DNA from: a virus
Virus genome (UHGV): UHGV-1372291
Length of the DNA stretch: 37,769 nucleotides
Strand: one strand, 5' to 3'
Part shown: piece after piece, positions 35,480-37,769 of the stretch
Numbering within the stretch: position 1 is the first letter of the stretch
Layout of the letters: each line of letters begins with the position of its first letter
The notes under the pieces: generated by a model
What the model saw: only the letters and a program-made list of their open reading frames with translations
Told to the model about the DNA's origin: nothing
Databases searched by the model: none
Program-made: the position numbers and the translations under genes

Positions 35480-36514
35480 CTATATTTCATAGCATTTTAC
35501 TGATGAAATTTCATTAATTTTACTGATAAATTCATCTATTTTTATATTTTTATTTGCTTCCATAGATTTCAATTGAGCTTCAATAGCATATACATTATTT
35601 ATAAACTCTGCTCCAGCTAATCTCATTTTTCTTAAATCTGTTTCAGTCATCAATGAAATATCATTGTCATTAAATGCCCAATTAATAGTTTTTTCTGAAG
35701 GATTCTCACTCAATCTATTAATCATTGAAAAAGTTTGACTATCATTAAGTGCTGCTACTGCATTTCCAAGTAAAGCTAAATCTTTTTCACGGCATCTTTG
35801 TTGGTGACCATCGTAGTTATAACCAGTATCTAGTATTTGTAATTTATAAGAGTTTATTTTATTATAATAATATTCTTTTACTTCTTCTTCTGTTGCTATA
35901 TCTTCAACTTTTTCTAGTTCCTTATTCCAAAATGGTTTTACTGTATTTTCTGGAATTTCTACTTTTTTAATACTATCATTTTCAACTATTTCATAATCTT
36001 CAAGTTTTCTTTGTCCTCTTTGGTATTTTTCATACTCTGTTGCTTCTCTAATTATATTTCCCTCATCTATTGAGATATAGAAAGGGATATCTTTTCCAAA
36101 ATGACTATATACCTCTTTTTGAAAATATTGATTAGGATTTTTTAAAGGTTTTGGAAACACTGCTATTACTTGAGATTTATGGAACTTATCAGCATAAGCT
36201 TTATCTAAATAGAAGTATTGTTTTTCAGGGTCTACCTCAACTTCTTCATCAAAATCACTTTCTACTTCTTGAATTTCTTCTGATAACATTCTAGGTGCTA
36301 TTTCTTCTAACTCAATAAGTTCTTCAATATTATCTAAAGATTCATTATATTTGAATTTATGAGGAATATCTATCCCTTCATAGATTAGTATTTCTTGAAC
36401 ATTAAAACATTTTTTTCTTGCTTCAAGCTCTTCTTGACTTATTTCTATTTCAGATACAGCAATACATTTTGCTATACCTTGTTTTGCTAAAATTTTATCT
36501 AAATAAAATAACAT
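35480..36514 (-). CDS. hypothetical acidic protein (344 aa) between tail-fibre switch and lysis genes
   Basis: ORF with AAGGAG RBS; no motif recognised. Confidence 0.3.
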   Translation of the reverse strand: MLFYLDKILAKQGIAKCIAVSEIEISQEELEARKKCFNVQEILIYEGIDIPHKFKYNESLDNIEELIELEEIAPRMLSEEIQEVESDFDEEVEVDPEKQYFYLDKAYADKFHKSQVIAVFPKPLKNPNQYFQKEVYSHFGKDIPFYISIDEGNIIREATEYEKYQRGQRKLEDYEIVENDSIKKVEIPENTVKPFWNKELEKVEDIATEEEVKEYYYNKINSYKLQILDTGYNYDGHQQRCREKDLALLGNAVAALNDSQTFSMINRLSENPSEKTINWAFNDNDISLMTETDLRKMRLAGAEFINNVYAIEAQLKSMEANKNIKIDEFISKINEISSVKCYEI

Positions 36515-36538
36515 TTTATCAACTCCTTTTTATAATTT

Positions 36539-37074
36539 AAAATGTTTGGGTATTTAAAAATTTCTGTCCATTTAAAGTAGGAGATATCTACTTAACTACT
36601 AACTCCACTAATCCAAGTTCTATATTTTTAGGTACTACTTGGCAGAAAATAGAAGGTAGATTCCTACTTGGTACTTCAGGTACTGGAGCTAGTAAAGCTA
36701 CTGGTGGTAGTAACTCTAAGACTATTGCTCAAGCTAATCTTCCTAATGTCAAACTGACTGTTAATAGTTTTTCTTTATCAAGAGGAACTATGGATATTAC
36801 AGGGATAACACCATGGGGCCCTTATCGTTCAGAAGCTGATAATAGTGGAAAACCTCAACCAAAAGGTTCTTTTTATTGGAATAAAGAACAGGCTGGACAA
36901 TACTTTCCCGCTGGACTTAGAACTGAAAGTGCTAGATTAGCATTCCAAGCTTCAAGAGCTTGGACAGGAACTACCAACACAGCTCAACCTCAAACAGTGA
37001 ATTTAGGTAGTGGACAAGCTTTAGATATTACACCTTCTTACTATACAGTTCATATGTGGCTTAGATTAACTTAA
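36539..37074 (+). CDS. promoterless, start-less alternative tail-fibre C-terminal segment (Sv'-like)
   Basis: The open frame begins right after a stop at 36536-36538 with no usable start codon. It encodes NVWVFKNFCPFKVGDIYL...GTTWQKIEGRFLLGTSG...ANLPNV...HMWLRLT, paralogous to the C-terminus of the minus-strand fibre 37066..>37769 (KNFCPFPVNSLYL...GTTWAKQEGRFLLGSS...ANLPSHTH...NIWKRLS). Confidence 0.6.
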
Positions 37075-37540
37075 TCTTTTCCATATATTTACGACCAAAT
37101 AAGGTGGCATAATAGAGAAAGCTGTTCCACTTCCTGTACTTCCTATTGAAGTTACTGGAGAGGCACTTCCTGTTGTTTCTCCTCCAGCACTAGAGGCTGT
37201 TGCAGATGTTTCAGGATAATTTTCTCTCCAAGGAAAAGAAGGTCCTTGTGTCCCAGCCCCAGAATAACCTCTAGGTAATGTTAGTGTATGTGTATGTGTT
37301 GGTTGAGTATGAGTATGAGCAGCAGTAGTTGCACTATGTGTATGACTAGGTAAATTAGCAACAGATAGTTTAACAGTGCTAGCTCCACCTGTACTACCTA
37401 AGCTATAACTAGAACTACTACCTAGTAAAAATCTACCCTCTTGTTTAGCCCAAGTAGTACCTAACCAAAGGATAGATGGATTCTCACTACCTAAGCTAAG
37501 ATAGAGAGAATTTACTGGGAAAGGACAGAAATTTTTAAAT
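36552..37540. mobile_element. candidate invertible DNA segment (tail-fibre host-range switch) bounded by exact 18-bp inverted repeats
   Basis: ATTTAAAAATTTCTGTCC at 36552-36569, and its exact reverse complement GGACAGAAATTTTTAAAT at 37523-37540. Both lie inside coding sequence in the same reading frame (encoding FKNFCP). Confidence 0.55.
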
Positions 37541-37769
37541 TTCTCATCAACTTCTGTTTCAAGTGCATATATGCTTAAATCTGGTTTATTTATTAGTTTT
37601 TCATAATCAGTAGTTCCAGGTTGACCGTTTTGTCCTGGTATCCCTTGTTGACCTCTAGGGGCAGTAAAATCATATGTGCTACCATTAGTTAAAGTCACAG
37701 CATAAACATTTCCACCATCTTCATTAGTATTCTTAAATGTTATACTTTTTACTCCTACTCCATCAGCTC
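37066..37769 (-). CDS. tail-fibre protein with collagen-like segment and phage tail-collar-type C-terminal domain; 5' part beyond the window
   Basis: The frame is open to the window edge (ADGVGVKSITFKNTNEDGGNVYAVTLTNGSTYDF...). 'GQQGIPGQNGQPGT' collagen triplets. 'ANLPSHTHSATTAAHTHT' and a C-terminal 'MPPYLVVNIWKRL' are typical of tail-collar domains. Confidence 0.65.
   Translation of the reverse strand, partial: ADGVGVKSITFKNTNEDGGNVYAVTLTNGSTYDFTAPRGQQGIPGQNGQPGTTDYEKLINKPDLSIYALETEVDEKFKNFCPFPVNSLYLSLGSENPSILWLGTTWAKQEGRFLLGSSSSYSLGSTGGASTVKLSVANLPSHTHSATTAAHTHTQPTHTHTLTLPRGYSGAGTQGPSFPWRENYPETSATASSAGGETTGSASPVTSIGSTGSGTAFSIMPPYLVVNIWKRLS

Noticed and set aside
36539-37700. Diversity-generating retroelement (TR/VR pair) as an explanation for the two similar fibre C-termini
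   Set aside because: The copies are in inverted orientation and are ~45% identical at protein level, not adenine-specific variants. No reverse transcriptase ORF is present in the window. A site-specific inversion explains the exact 18-bp IRs better.

Overview
The window is very AT-rich (roughly 27-30% GC) with a codon usage typical of a low-GC anaerobe such as Fusobacterium. Almost all of it belongs to one mobile element that combines a phage virion and lysis gene set with plasmid-type maintenance functions. No integrase or host flanking genes are visible, so a phage-plasmid (P1/N15-like lifestyle) is the most economical reading; this is inference.

Layout, by coordinate:
- 1-25598 (minus strand): one long leftward gene train. 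In transcription order it runs: hypothetical 362-aa protein, TerS-like small terminase, GNAT-like protein, small protein, portal, scaffold, major capsid, a run of small proteins (including an SSB-like protein, a MazG-domain protein, an all-alpha NTP-pyrophosphatase and a small serine recombinase), several large virion proteins, a giant 1842-aa HExxH-containing internal or ejection-type protein, a structured 415-bp gap, the large terminase, and two collagen-like tail-fibre genes.
- 25850-27539 (minus strand): an immunity-like region with two XRE-family HTH genes and a membrane-anchored protein.
- 27642-27670 (plus strand): a perfect sigma70 consensus promoter, followed to 30687 by a rightward early module (RadC-like JAB protein, small acidic proteins, Gp157-like protein, Rad52/Sak-like annealing protein) punctuated by three copies of a ~75-bp hairpin+RBS cassette.
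- 31061-33939 (plus strand): a 22-bp-period iteron array with an AT-rich stretch, a Rep_3-like initiator whose promoter carries an operator palindrome, then ParA and a ParB-like gene.
- 33990-34270: a GC-rich, CTAG-dense non-coding island.
- 34344-36514 (minus strand): a lysis cassette (holin, small TM protein, M15 endolysin, acidic 344-aa protein).
- 36552-37540: a ~1-kb candidate invertible tail-fibre C-terminal cassette bounded by exact 18-bp inverted repeats (Mu G-segment-like), adjoining a third collagen-like tail-fibre gene that runs off the right end.

The two most notable observations are the tail-fibre inversion switch and an 'NIQLF[GA]G' N-terminal motif on three head proteins that mimics the L27/Prp protease cleavage site.
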